64,000 nt of DNA from an uncultured Candidatus Micrarchaeota archaeon (GCA_903832205.1 CAILAH010000038.1:4456-68455); one strand, 5' to 3'. Numbered from the stretch's first letter, positions 45,648 through 54,956 are shown. A program made the numbers and translations. The notes: generated by a model from the sequence alone, not told the origin.

Positions 45648-47036
45648 ATGGCGGCCAAGCATTTCTCCAAGGAAGTCTGGAACAGGATGCGCACACAGAT
45701 ACTCAAGGAGGTAAGGCCGTCGCCCGAATCGCACGCGGAGGTGCGCAAGGTCGCGGATGAGCTTGTTGAGAAACTGAACAAAATTTCCCCAACTGAAATT
45801 GACGTGATGCTTACCGGCTCTTTTGCCAAGGACACCTACGTCCGCTCGGATGTTGATTTTGACATATTCATTTTATTCCCCGAGAAATTCACACTCTACG
45901 ATTTGCAGACCATGACGTTTGAGTGGGCCAAGAAGTTCCTTGAGAACTGGGAGGTCGCCTATGCGCAGCATCCCTATCTCCGTGGCTATTACAAGGGGCA
46001 TCATGTTGATGTGGTTCCCAGCTATAGGATAAGGGAGGGCGAGCCCGTCAGGATTAAGAGTGCGGTGGACAGGACGCAGCTGCACACAAAGTACGTCCTC
46101 TCGGTAATCACGGATGCGCAGAGGGATGACGTGCGCATACTCAAGAAGTTCATGAAGCGGTTGGGAATTTACGGCGCGGAGATAAGGACAGGAGGATTTT
46201 CAGGCTACCTCTGCGAATTGCTCATAATAAAGTACGGCTCGTTCTACGATCTCATAATGGCTGCGCGCAACTGGAAGTTCCCGGTTGCGGTTGATGTGAC
46301 GGGCGGCAGGAGCGAGCGGCTTCTGCACGCGCTGTTCAAGGAGGACACATTCGTGATCACGGACCCGGTTGACAAGAAGAGAAACGTCGCATCGCCTGTA
46401 AGTTCTGATTCATTGTCAAAATTCGTCGCTGCGGCGCACGTGTTTTTCCTGAACCCGAACGCGGCAATGTTTTTCACTGAGATTGAATTGCTCGGCATGA
46501 AAGAGATACGCAAGCAGGTTGCCGAGCGCGGCACATCGTTCGTGCTGTTCGAATTCCCAAAGCCCAAGAAGGCGGATGACATTTTGTGGGGCGAGATTCG
46601 CAAGACGCTTGGCTGCATTGAATGTTCTTTTGACAAGGAGGAATTCAACTGCACGCACCAGACCGCAGAGGTGCACGAGGGCAAGTGCTACATGCTTTTC
46701 GAGCTTGTGCACGATACCCTTCCCGCAGTGACGCTGCAGGCAGGGCCCTACGTGCGCATGGGGCCGCATCTTGAGAAATTCATCCAGGAGGAAATGAACA
46801 ACGTTGATTTGTTCGTGAAGGACGAGCGCATGTGGGCAGTTAGAAAGAGAAAATACAGCAGCGTGCTCCAGCTTGTTGAGGACATACGGAAGAACCCGCT
46901 CTGCCATGGTGTGAGCAAGGGCATAATGAAGGAGATTTCAACGGCGAACATCTACACGAGTGATGATTCTATTTTTGAGGACAGCCGGAAGGTGTACACG
47001 ATGCATCTCAACAGGAAATTCTTCCTGGGGCTTTGA
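45648..47036 (+). CDS. cca: CCA-adding enzyme (archaeal class I)
   Basis: GSFAKDT..DVDFDIF, YAQHPY, SAVDRT, GIYGAE..GFSGYLCELL, DPVD..RNVAS. Confidence 0.96.
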   Translation: MAAKHFSKEVWNRMRTQILKEVRPSPESHAEVRKVADELVEKLNKISPTEIDVMLTGSFAKDTYVRSDVDFDIFILFPEKFTLYDLQTMTFEWAKKFLENWEVAYAQHPYLRGYYKGHHVDVVPSYRIREGEPVRIKSAVDRTQLHTKYVLSVITDAQRDDVRILKKFMKRLGIYGAEIRTGGFSGYLCELLIIKYGSFYDLIMAARNWKFPVAVDVTGGRSERLLHALFKEDTFVITDPVDKKRNVASPVSSDSLSKFVAAAHVFFLNPNAAMFFTEIELLGMKEIRKQVAERGTSFVLFEFPKPKKADDILWGEIRKTLGCIECSFDKEEFNCTHQTAEVHEGKCYMLFELVHDTLPAVTLQAGPYVRMGPHLEKFIQEEMNNVDLFVKDERMWAVRKRKYSSVLQLVEDIRKNPLCHGVSKGIMKEISTANIYTSDDSIFEDSRKVYTMHLNRKFFLGL

Positions 47037-47075
47037 TTTGCTTTTAAATTTTCTCGTTTCAAAAAATCCTCGTAG

Positions 47076-47294
47076 GGGCCAGTTGCTTAGTCCGGTGGAG
47101 CGCCCGACTGATATCGGTCAAAGTGACCGGTTTAGCCCATTCTTTATGGGATGGAAATCGGGAGGCCGGGAGTTCAAACAGCTTTTCTTTTGCGAAAGAA
47201 ACGTGCGTTTTCCTTGAGGGAAAACAACGCGTCATTCGCGTAAGCGAATGAACGACCTGGGAAAAGAAAAGCCTTGAAAATCTCCCCTGGCCCA
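47076..47294 (+). tRNA. tRNA-Ile(GAT) with two introns: 37/38 (47114-47156) and T-loop 59/60 (47179-47280)
   Basis: Acceptor GGGCCAG/CTGGCCC-A; CCCGA-CTGATA|A-TCGGG; GGGAG-TTCAAA|T-CTCCC with BHB (TTCA/TGAA, AAC and AAT bulges). Confidence 0.9.
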
Positions 47295-47406
47295 TTATGG
47301 GACTTTCTCGAAAGAGAAACGTGCTACACTCTTCTCGCGTGAGGGGGTAGGTGTAGACCACACGAGGGAGGGGGAACCTTCCCCCTCCATCAGTGCCCTG
47401 GCCCAT
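47285..47406. mobile_element. Candidate miniature element: 100-nt hairpin cassette between 11-bp direct repeats of the tRNA-Ile 3' end
   Basis: CCCTGGCCCAT at 47285-47295 and 47396-47406; contains cassette copy 2 (47342-47395). Confidence 0.6.
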
Positions 47407-47443
47407 ACCCTATTATAAATATTCGCGGATAGAAAGTGGTTCA

Positions 47444-48586
47444 ATGGAGCTTCCAAATATATACAAAGGCGATTATCTCAAGCTTGCAGCGCTTCCAGTC
47501 CTTCTTGCCCTCATTTCCATATTCTTCATATTCCAGGTCCAGCCTGGCCTCGAGTTCAAGGGCGGCGCGCAAATCACGCTTGAGATGAAGAATGCGATGA
47601 CCGAGGCGCAGGTGAAAACAGCGGTTGTAAACGCGGGATTTTCAGATGCTAGCATAAGGACATACGATTTGGGCGGCTCGCACATCACGGAGATTGAGAT
47701 TGCAAACAGCGACGATGTGGTGAAGCTTGAGTCCGTGTATAAGGATTTCCTTGACACCTATGACAAGTATTCGAAGAAACAGTACGAGATTCTCGTTTTG
47801 AAGGGCTCCAATGCAAGCACGACGGTGCAGGAGAATGATGCGGCCCAGATGAGGCAGCACCTGCTTGACTTGCGCGTGCAGATTATACAGTACGCAAGCG
47901 CAATCGAGGGCAGGCCCGTGGTGCTGTCAACCGATGTGGACGCGCTCAAGCCCGAGGTGCAGTCGCTGTTCATGGGTGCCACGTTCGCCTACAGGGACAA
48001 GATCATCTCAAAGATTTCGCACGAGATTCCCTATAACAGCTTCTCATTCAAGCTCGTCAACCCGTCATTGAGCGAGGTTTTCGTGGGCAAGATATGGGGC
48101 GTGGTTCTCGCAGCCGCAGTGCTATGCGCACTCGCGGTCCTCATCATGTTCAGGGATTTCATTCCGTCAGTTGCGGTGCTTGCTGGAGCCACGTTCGATG
48201 TGATTTTCGCGCTTGGCTTCATGGGCCTTATGGGCATACCGCTCACGCTCGCGGCAGTCGCATCCCTGCTGATGCTGGTGGGATTCTCGCTGGACACGGA
48301 CATTTTGCTAACGGTAAGAATTCTCAAGAGAGGCTTGCGCGACCCGCGCAACAGCGCATACGAGGCGATGAAGACCGGAGCGACAATGAGCTTCACCGCC
48401 ATGCTCGCATTCGGCGCATTGTTCGCTGTGGGCCAGCTTACAAACATCGCAATTTACCAGGACATCTCAAGCATTGTCCTTGCAGGGCTAGTGGGCGACC
48501 TCATAGGCACGTGGATGCTTAATGCGGTCATGATGATCCATCATGTTGAAAAAGGTGTTAATCGTGCAGGAATTGTTGTCAGATAA
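47444..48586 (+). CDS. secF: Protein translocase subunit SecF
   Basis: GLEFKGG, VNPSLS, FRDFIPS, LMLVGFSLDTDILLT. Confidence 0.93.
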   Translation: MELPNIYKGDYLKLAALPVLLALISIFFIFQVQPGLEFKGGAQITLEMKNAMTEAQVKTAVVNAGFSDASIRTYDLGGSHITEIEIANSDDVVKLESVYKDFLDTYDKYSKKQYEILVLKGSNASTTVQENDAAQMRQHLLDLRVQIIQYASAIEGRPVVLSTDVDALKPEVQSLFMGATFAYRDKIISKISHEIPYNSFSFKLVNPSLSEVFVGKIWGVVLAAAVLCALAVLIMFRDFIPSVAVLAGATFDVIFALGFMGLMGIPLTLAAVASLLMLVGFSLDTDILLTVRILKRGLRDPRNSAYEAMKTGATMSFTAMLAFGALFAVGQLTNIAIYQDISSIVLAGLVGDLIGTWMLNAVMMIHHVEKGVNRAGIVVR

Positions 48587-50120
48587 GCGTGTGCTTTTCC
48601 TCATTGGGCTGGTTCTGCTTTCGCTAGCAGTCATATTCGTGAAGGGCATTAACTACGGGATTGAGTTCGAAGGCGGCGTAAGGATTCCGATTACGTTTGA
48701 CAGGGACCTTACACCCACGCAGATGGATGAAGTTGTGGAGATACTTAAGACCAGGATTTCCAAGTTCGGGCTTTCGCAGGTTATCGTGCGCCCGCTGCCT
48801 CCGCGTGAGGTGCAGGTTGAATTGGCGAAGGGCGACGAGTCGTCAATAAAGCAGATAGAAAAAATACTTCAGACCCAGGGCAGCTTTGAGTCCGTAATCA
48901 ACAACAAGATTGCAATGACGGGCGAGGACATACTTCCCGGAAGCATTGGCGAGGGCAGGCTGAGCGCCATATCAAAGACCGCCTACAAGTGGGAAGTGGA
49001 TTTCGCAATCACAGAGACGGGCGCAAACAAGTTCGCGGCGGTTGCATTGGGCCAGGCCAACAAGCCGGTCTACATGTTCCTTGACAGGCCGCAGACGGCG
49101 CTCGTGCTTCTTGAGCCGAGGCATTTCCCGAAAGCGCTCGATGCGGCATCAGTACTGACATCCATATCCGAGCTCAATAACATACAGGGCAGCGACCTCA
49201 AGATCGTGGTCATTGACGACTGGGCAATCAAGAAGGCGATTGTTGAGAACGAGATGGCCTTAAACCCGAACAGGACAATTATCTATTCGCAGAATGCATC
49301 GTTCGCAAAGGATGTGGAGCAGCTTGTAACGCAGATGAATGTTACGTCGCGCCCGCTCACCGATGCGGACATGGAATTCGAGATTGTGCCCAATGACAAG
49401 CTCGGCGACTATACAATTAACAGGTGGAAGGCAATAGGCCTGCTCTCGGCACCCATCCTTTCAGAGGGCCTTGCCAAGGGCACGCCGTCCAGGCTCGTGA
49501 GCGTGAGCGGCAGTGCGAATGACATACAGACCGCAAGCGACAACTCAAAGGAGATACGCAGCATATTGAGCGGCGGCAGGCTGCCGGTGAACGCAATCAT
49601 CGGCTCGACCATCAGCATCCCGGCGCCTCTCGGAAAGCAGTTCCTTGACATGAGCCTTGTGGGCGCTGCGCTCGCATTCGTGTTTATCGTAGTGTTCGTA
49701 TCGTTGAGGTACAGGGAGCCCAGGCTCTTCCTCCCGGTGGTTGTAATCTCATTCGCAGAAATCCTAATCCTGGTCGCCATAATAGGCGGTTTCGGGACGA
49801 TTGATTTCGCAGCCATGGCGGGAATCATTGCGGCCATGGGAGTCAGCCTTGATGCGCAGATCATCATTACGGATGAGGTGTTCAAGAAAGGCGAGGCGCG
49901 CATTTCAAAGGAGGAGCTCAACGAGCGCGTGAAGAACGCGTTCTACATCATCACCAGGAACGTGGCCATTGCGGTGATTGCAATGCTTCCATTGTTCTTC
50001 TCGGGCGTGGTGGAGATTGTGGGCTTCGCAACGTCAACAATACTTGGCGCGGTGCTCGGCCTCCTGATATCAAGGCCCGCCTATGCGGCAATAATCGAAT
50101 CTTTGGAGATGAAGGATTAG
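48564..50120 (+). CDS. secD: Protein translocase subunit SecD
   Basis: GIEFEGG, LSGGRLP, PAPLG, GVSLDAQIIITDE, SRPAY; GTG start after an AGGTG RBS. Confidence 0.93.
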   Translation: MQELLSDKRVLFLIGLVLLSLAVIFVKGINYGIEFEGGVRIPITFDRDLTPTQMDEVVEILKTRISKFGLSQVIVRPLPPREVQVELAKGDESSIKQIEKILQTQGSFESVINNKIAMTGEDILPGSIGEGRLSAISKTAYKWEVDFAITETGANKFAAVALGQANKPVYMFLDRPQTALVLLEPRHFPKALDAASVLTSISELNNIQGSDLKIVVIDDWAIKKAIVENEMALNPNRTIIYSQNASFAKDVEQLVTQMNVTSRPLTDADMEFEIVPNDKLGDYTINRWKAIGLLSAPILSEGLAKGTPSRLVSVSGSANDIQTASDNSKEIRSILSGGRLPVNAIIGSTISIPAPLGKQFLDMSLVGAALAFVFIVVFVSLRYREPRLFLPVVVISFAEILILVAIIGGFGTIDFAAMAGIIAAMGVSLDAQIIITDEVFKKGEARISKEELNERVKNAFYIITRNVAIAVIAMLPLFFSGVVEIVGFATSTILGAVLGLLISRPAYAAIIESLEMKD

Positions 50121-50124
50121 CACT

Positions 50125-50185
50125 TCTTTAGGGAGTTGCAACCTTTGGTTGCAAATTGTGTGCAAAGCACACAACTGCCTAAAGA
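50125..50185. repeat. Intergenic multi-hairpin cassette (TCTTTAGG...TGCCTAAAGA)
   Basis: Outer stem plus two inner hairpins; TGCCTAAAGA also occurs in the tRNA-Leu intron (5867-5876). Confidence 0.55.
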
Positions 50186-50240
50186 CCTGCACTAGAAATA
50201 TAACCTTTCTTTTTTCCGTCAGCGAAATTCAGGCGCCAGG

Positions 50241-50258
50241 GCAAAAGCCTTTTAAATA
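50241..50258 (+). promoter_or_regulatory. BRE/TATA-like promoter of the ribosomal protein operon
   Basis: GCAAAAGCC-TTTTAAATA about 45 nt upstream of rpl3. Confidence 0.55.
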
Positions 50259-50303
50259 TTACTTATTTGAATAAACCTACTATTCAGAGAAAGAGTGATA
50301 ATT

Positions 50304-51266
50304 ATGCCTAAGCCTCATTCGTCTAGAAAGGGGTCCCTTGCGTTCAGGCCGCGCATGAGGGCTAACACAACTAACTGTAGGATTAAAAATTGGCCCGTGT
50401 TTACCAAGCCGTGCCTGCTGGGATTTGCAGGATATAAGGCGGGCATGCTGCATTTCATTTACAACGAGGACCTGGTGGCTTCGCCCAACAAGGGAAAGGA
50501 AGTCGCCATGGCAGGGACCATTATTGAAGTTCCCCCCATGCTCGTTTATGGCATTCGTGTTTTGAAAAAGACTGTTTACGGCTGCAAGATTTTAGGCGAT
50601 TATTTTGTCAAGGATGAGGCCATCCTGAAAAAGGCGGGCATCCGCAACCAAAAGCCCGTTGAAGACCTGGAGAGGGTGAAAGGCGAGGCGTACGAAGTAA
50701 GGGTTCTTGCACTCACAAACGCCGCTGCAACGCAGATGGGAAAGAAAGTTACCGAGCAGGTTGAGCTTGGCGTCGGCGGCGAGAACATAGGGGCGCAGAT
50801 TGAATACGCGAAAGGGCTTCTCGGCAAGGAAATCAACGCCGATGATGTGTTCGCCAAGGGCGACTATGTAGACGTAATCGGGGTCACGAAGGGTAAGGGA
50901 TGGCAGGGAGTCATTAAGAGGTTCGGTATTGCCCTCCAGAGGCCCAAGGCGACAAACAAGAGGAGGCATTTGGGTAACCTCGGCGCCTGGACCCCTTCAA
51001 TCGTTCAGTACACCATTGCACAGGCGGGGCAGATGGGCTATCACAAGAGGACAATCCTCAACAACATTGTTGTGGACATAGGCCCCGGTGAAAAGCTCAG
51101 CCAGAGCGGCGGGCTGCTCCACTACGGCAATGTCAAGAACAAGTTCATACTCGTGAAGGGTTCCATACCCGGCACTAAGAAGCGCCTCATAAAATTGAGG
51201 AGGGCGCTTAGGAAACCGTTGGCCAAGAGGGAGCTCAAGGTCACGTTCCTATCAAAGGCGATTTGA
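50304..51266 (+). CDS. rpl3: 50S ribosomal protein L3
   Basis: RKGSLAFRPR, GFAGYKAGM, TKGKGWQGVIKRFG, AGQMGYHKRT. Confidence 0.97.
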   Translation: MPKPHSSRKGSLAFRPRMRANTTNCRIKNWPVFTKPCLLGFAGYKAGMLHFIYNEDLVASPNKGKEVAMAGTIIEVPPMLVYGIRVLKKTVYGCKILGDYFVKDEAILKKAGIRNQKPVEDLERVKGEAYEVRVLALTNAAATQMGKKVTEQVELGVGGENIGAQIEYAKGLLGKEINADDVFAKGDYVDVIGVTKGKGWQGVIKRFGIALQRPKATNKRRHLGNLGAWTPSIVQYTIAQAGQMGYHKRTILNNIVVDIGPGEKLSQSGGLLHYGNVKNKFILVKGSIPGTKKRLIKLRRALRKPLAKRELKVTFLSKAI

Positions 51267-52066
51267 TGAAGTTCCAAGTATTATCAGTTACTGGCGAGAA
51301 AACGGAGGACATAAACGCTCCGCCAGCATTTGCAGAGAAAATCCGCAAGGACCTTATCATACGTGCGGTGCGCTCCGAGCAGTCCAAGACGTTCCAGCCA
51401 AAGTCGCCACTCAAGGTTGCGGGCATGCAGACCAGTGCGGAATACGTAGGGGTAAAGGACGCCTACCGAACCATGAAGAACCGCGGTACCCAGAGGCTGC
51501 CGCACGAAAAGCTGCCCAAGGGAAAATATGGCAGGGTCAGGATGCTGCCGTTCGCGGTCACGGGAAGGAGGGCGCACCCGCCGAAGGTTGAAACAATTCT
51601 CATTGAGAAGATTAACAACAAGGAGTACAGGAAAGCGCTCCACTCCGCAATTGCGGCATGTGCCGATGCGGGCGTCGTAAAGGTGAGGACCGGTGCGGAA
51701 TACAAGGTCCCCTATATCATAGTCGACGACATCGAATCAATCAAGAAGACCAAGGATGTGATAACGCTGCTTGAGGCGCTTGGCATCATAGAGGATGTTG
51801 TGAAGTCAGAGAGGAGCAGAAAAAGGATCTCCGGGCTTCGCAGGCATAGGCTGTCGCGCGCATACAAGGTGCGCAAGTCCGTACTTTTTGTCGTCGCAAA
51901 AGACTGCTCATTGCTCCGCAGCGCCGCCAGCATTTCCGGCGCAAAGGCTGTGAAGGTTATGAATCTTAAGGTAAGCGATCTCGCTCCCGGCGGCCTGCCA
52001 GGCAGGCTCGTAGTGTGGAGCAAAAGCGCAGTGGAAAAGTTGGGTGAATTGAATGCCAATAATTAG
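51266..52066 (+). CDS. rpl4: 50S ribosomal protein L4
   Basis: IRKDLIIRAV, GRRAHPPK, KINNKE, LAPGGLPGRL. Confidence 0.96.
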   Translation: MKFQVLSVTGEKTEDINAPPAFAEKIRKDLIIRAVRSEQSKTFQPKSPLKVAGMQTSAEYVGVKDAYRTMKNRGTQRLPHEKLPKGKYGRVRMLPFAVTGRRAHPPKVETILIEKINNKEYRKALHSAIAACADAGVVKVRTGAEYKVPYIIVDDIESIKKTKDVITLLEALGIIEDVVKSERSRKRISGLRRHRLSRAYKVRKSVLFVVAKDCSLLRSAASISGAKAVKVMNLKVSDLAPGGLPGRLVVWSKSAVEKLGELNANN

Positions 52067-52304
52067 GGTTGTAAACTCAGAAAAGTCGAGCATGCTGCTC
52101 GAGAGGAACAATAAGCTTACGCTCATAATTGACTCCAGGACCGATAGGGCCACGCTTATCGAGGAGCTGAAGGCCATTTACGGGCTCAAGGTGCTTAAGG
52201 TCAACGTGCTCCACACGTCAAAGGGCGAGAAAAAGGCAATGGTGACGCTTGACAAGTCGCACACTCCGGATGAGATTGCGACCAAGTTCGGGCTCGTGGT
52301 TTAG
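52053..52304 (+). CDS. rpl23: 50S ribosomal protein L23
   Basis: SEKS..NNKLT, KVNVL, GEKKAMV; operon position. Confidence 0.93.
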   Translation: MPIIRVVNSEKSSMLLERNNKLTLIIDSRTDRATLIEELKAIYGLKVLKVNVLHTSKGEKKAMVTLDKSHTPDEIATKFGLVV

Positions 52305-52314
52305 GGTGGATTGA

Positions 52315-53079
52315 ATGGGAAAACGCTTAATGACACAAACGAGGGGTAAGGGAACGCCAAAGTACAGTGCGCCCTCACACCGCTATAAGTACACGATCAA
52401 ATTCAGGCAATTCGATGCAACGGAGCGCGAGAGCAAGCTGATCGGTGAGGTCGTGGGATTCGTAAGGGACCCAATTCACTCGGCAGTGCTCATGAAGCTC
52501 CTGTTTGACAACGGGGAATCACAAGTCTACTTTGCGCCCGAGGGCATAAAGGTGGGCGACAGGATAGAGGAGGGCCTCGCGGCATCACTGATGCTCGGCA
52601 GCGTGCTCCCGCTCGGAAAGATTCCGGAAGGGTCGCCGATATTCAACATCGAGCTCAGGCCGGGCGACGGCGGAAAGTTCGTGCGCACTTCAGGTGGCAT
52701 CGCCTACATCCGCGCAAAGGAGGAGGAGGGCGTTCACGTGCGCATGCCGTCAAGAAGGACAATCATACTCAGCAATGACTGCAGGGCGCAGCTTGGCAGC
52801 CTCTCAATGGGCGGCAGGCTCGAGCTCCCGCTCATGAAAGCAGGCAGCGCCCATTACAAGAAGCACGCTACCAACAGGCACTGGCCGCTGGTACGTGGTG
52901 TGCATCAGAACCCAGTTGACCATCCGTTCGGCGGCAAGCAGCATCACCCTGGAAAGGGTACTGCGACGTCGAGGAACGCACCGCCCGGAAGGAAGGTTGG
53001 GCATCTCGCTGCACGCACCACAGGAAGGAGGTCTTCACTTAAGATGCAGCTGAAACTCAAGAAAAAGAACAAAAGGTGA
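52315..53079 (+). CDS. rpl2: 50S ribosomal protein L2
   Basis: MGKRL..RGKG, NIELRPGDGGKFVR, WPLVRGV..NPVDHPFGG. Confidence 0.97.
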   Translation: MGKRLMTQTRGKGTPKYSAPSHRYKYTIKFRQFDATERESKLIGEVVGFVRDPIHSAVLMKLLFDNGESQVYFAPEGIKVGDRIEEGLAASLMLGSVLPLGKIPEGSPIFNIELRPGDGGKFVRTSGGIAYIRAKEEEGVHVRMPSRRTIILSNDCRAQLGSLSMGGRLELPLMKAGSAHYKKHATNRHWPLVRGVHQNPVDHPFGGKQHHPGKGTATSRNAPPGRKVGHLAARTTGRRSSLKMQLKLKKKNKR

Positions 53080-53085
53080 TGCTGA

Positions 53086-53484
53086 ATGGCAAAAGTAATC
53101 GTTTATGGAATGGAAGTTGAAAAGTTTGCTGCGGTTTCCGCTGAAGACTACATTAACAAGTATGCGAATTCGCGGTCGCGCAGGGCATATCTGCATGTAT
53201 CCGGGAATCCTTCATACAAGAAGCTGATGTTGCGCATCAGGAAAGTTCGCGAGTCAAAGAGCGCAAAGGTCATTAAGACGCATGTGCGCGAGGCGGTCAT
53301 ACTCCCCGAGTGGATAGGCATGAAGTTCGGAGTCCACAATGGCAAGGAGTTCTTTAATGTGGAAATACTGCCGCCAATGGTGGGCCACAGGCTTGGCGAG
53401 TTCGCACACACAACGAAGCGCGTGGAGCACCACGGGCCGGGTGTCGGTGCAACCAGGGGAAGTAAGTTCGTCCCGTTGAAGTAG
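53086..53484 (+). CDS. rps19: 30S ribosomal protein S19
   Basis: IKTHVRE, HNGKEF, MVGHRLGEF, GATRGSKFVPLK. Confidence 0.96.
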   Translation: MAKVIVYGMEVEKFAAVSAEDYINKYANSRSRRAYLHVSGNPSYKKLMLRIRKVRESKSAKVIKTHVREAVILPEWIGMKFGVHNGKEFFNVEILPPMVGHRLGEFAHTTKRVEHHGPGVGATRGSKFVPLK

Positions 53485-53494
53485 GGTGATGTGA

Positions 53495-54124
53495 ATGCAG
53501 ATGTCATATTCATTCCAGAAAAAGGGCGACAACTTTGCCTTTGCGCAGCAGTATAATCTTGACGCGTCATACAAGGACCTCACGGAAGTGTGCAAATCCA
53601 TAAAGAAGCTCTCCACCGCGAAGGCGATGGCGCTTCTTGCAAAGGCCGAGACCAAGGAGATGCCAATCCTTTACACGTCGCACAACAAGCACCTGGGGCA
53701 CAGGCGCGAGCTTGGCGGCAAGAGGGGAAGGTACCCGGTCAAGGCGGTGAAAGCTGTCAAGAAAGTGCTCATAAATGCGATTAACAACGCCAAGGTGCTG
53801 CAGCTTAATGAGAACTCTCTCACGGTTGCGCACGCGGCCGCAAACAAGCAGAGCATTTATCCGAGGCTCGCGCCCAAGGGCAGGAGGATGCACATGAATT
53901 ATGAGACGGCGCGCATCGAGATTGTCGTCCGCGGAACGGCAAAGAAGCTGGCGGAGATAACTCCAGCAAAGCCAAAGGCGGAGGCTGCAGGGGCTCCAAA
54001 GGCGGCAGAGGCAAAGCCGGTGGAAAAGAAGGAAATCTCAGAGGCAAAGGCCGAAGAAAAGCCCAAGACTGAGAAGCCCAGGAAAGATGCCACTGCAAAG
54101 CTCACTAAATCAAAGAAGGAATAA
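53495..54124 (+). CDS. rpl22: 50S ribosomal protein L22 with K/A/E-rich C-terminal tail
   Basis: GHRR..GRYPVKA, NAINNA, PKGR, IEIVV. Confidence 0.95.
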   Translation: MQMSYSFQKKGDNFAFAQQYNLDASYKDLTEVCKSIKKLSTAKAMALLAKAETKEMPILYTSHNKHLGHRRELGGKRGRYPVKAVKAVKKVLINAINNAKVLQLNENSLTVAHAAANKQSIYPRLAPKGRRMHMNYETARIEIVVRGTAKKLAEITPAKPKAEAAGAPKAAEAKPVEKKEISEAKAEEKPKTEKPRKDATAKLTKSKKE

Positions 54125-54132
54125 AAGGTGTA

Positions 54133-54954
54133 ATGATGGCTGTAGAGAGAAAATTTATTGAGGATTCGATTCTGAGATTCAGGATTGCAGAGTTCATGAA
54201 GAAGCAGCTGGAGCGCGCGGGTTTCTCGAACCTGAGCATCCAGAAGACGCCGCTCCTCACGCTCATCAACGCGGAGGTTACGAACCCGGGCAGGGTCATC
54301 GGGCGCAAGGGAAAGACCATTAACGAGATTACAGATAAGCTGAGGACCGAGTTCCACCTTGAGAACCCAAAGATTAACATTTCCGTAGTCAACAAGCCGG
54401 ACCTGGAGCCGCAGGTGGTTGCCAGGAGGCTCGTAAAGCTGATTGAGATGGGAAAGAACCCGCGCAGGATGATGCACTCAATGGTCAAATCAATCATGGA
54501 AGCGGGCGCGGTCGGCTGTGAAATCAGGGTCAGCGGAAAGCTGGTCGCAAAGGGAGGCCGTGCAAAGTCATTCCGTGCAATCGCAGGCTATCTGCCCAAG
54601 GCGGGTGAGCCCGCAAGATGGGTGAAGAAGGCGCTGCTTACCGCATATCCGAAGCCCGGTGCAATTGGCATACAGGTCAGGATAGCACCGCCGGATGTCA
54701 AGTTCCCGGACAAGCATTCCGATGAGATTGAGCTCCCGAGCGTGATTCGCGCGACGGAAAAGTTCATTGACAGGGATGCGGTTGCTGCACAGGTGGCACT
54801 TGCAGCGCCTGTTGCGCTTGAAGCGCCACTGGCACAGGCTATTGCGCTCGAAGCGCCTGACGTTGAAGAGGCGCAGGCACCAGTCGTAGGGCAGAAAGAG
54901 GCGCCCAAGCCCAGGAAGGAGAAAAAGGCGCCGAAGAAAAAAGAGGGTGAATAA
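54133..54954 (+). CDS. rps3: 30S ribosomal protein S3 with C-terminal tail
   Basis: ERKFI, PGRVIGRKG, GAVGCEIRVSGKL, GAIGIQVRI. Confidence 0.96.
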   Translation: MMAVERKFIEDSILRFRIAEFMKKQLERAGFSNLSIQKTPLLTLINAEVTNPGRVIGRKGKTINEITDKLRTEFHLENPKINISVVNKPDLEPQVVARRLVKLIEMGKNPRRMMHSMVKSIMEAGAVGCEIRVSGKLVAKGGRAKSFRAIAGYLPKAGEPARWVKKALLTAYPKPGAIGIQVRIAPPDVKFPDKHSDEIELPSVIRATEKFIDRDAVAAQVALAAPVALEAPLAQAIALEAPDVEEAQAPVVGQKEAPKPRKEKKAPKKKEGE

Positions 54955-54956
54955 TC

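Noticed and set aside
47114-47156. C/D box guide RNA within tRNA introns
   Set aside because: No convincing RUGAUGA...CUGA box pair found by eye in this or the other introns.
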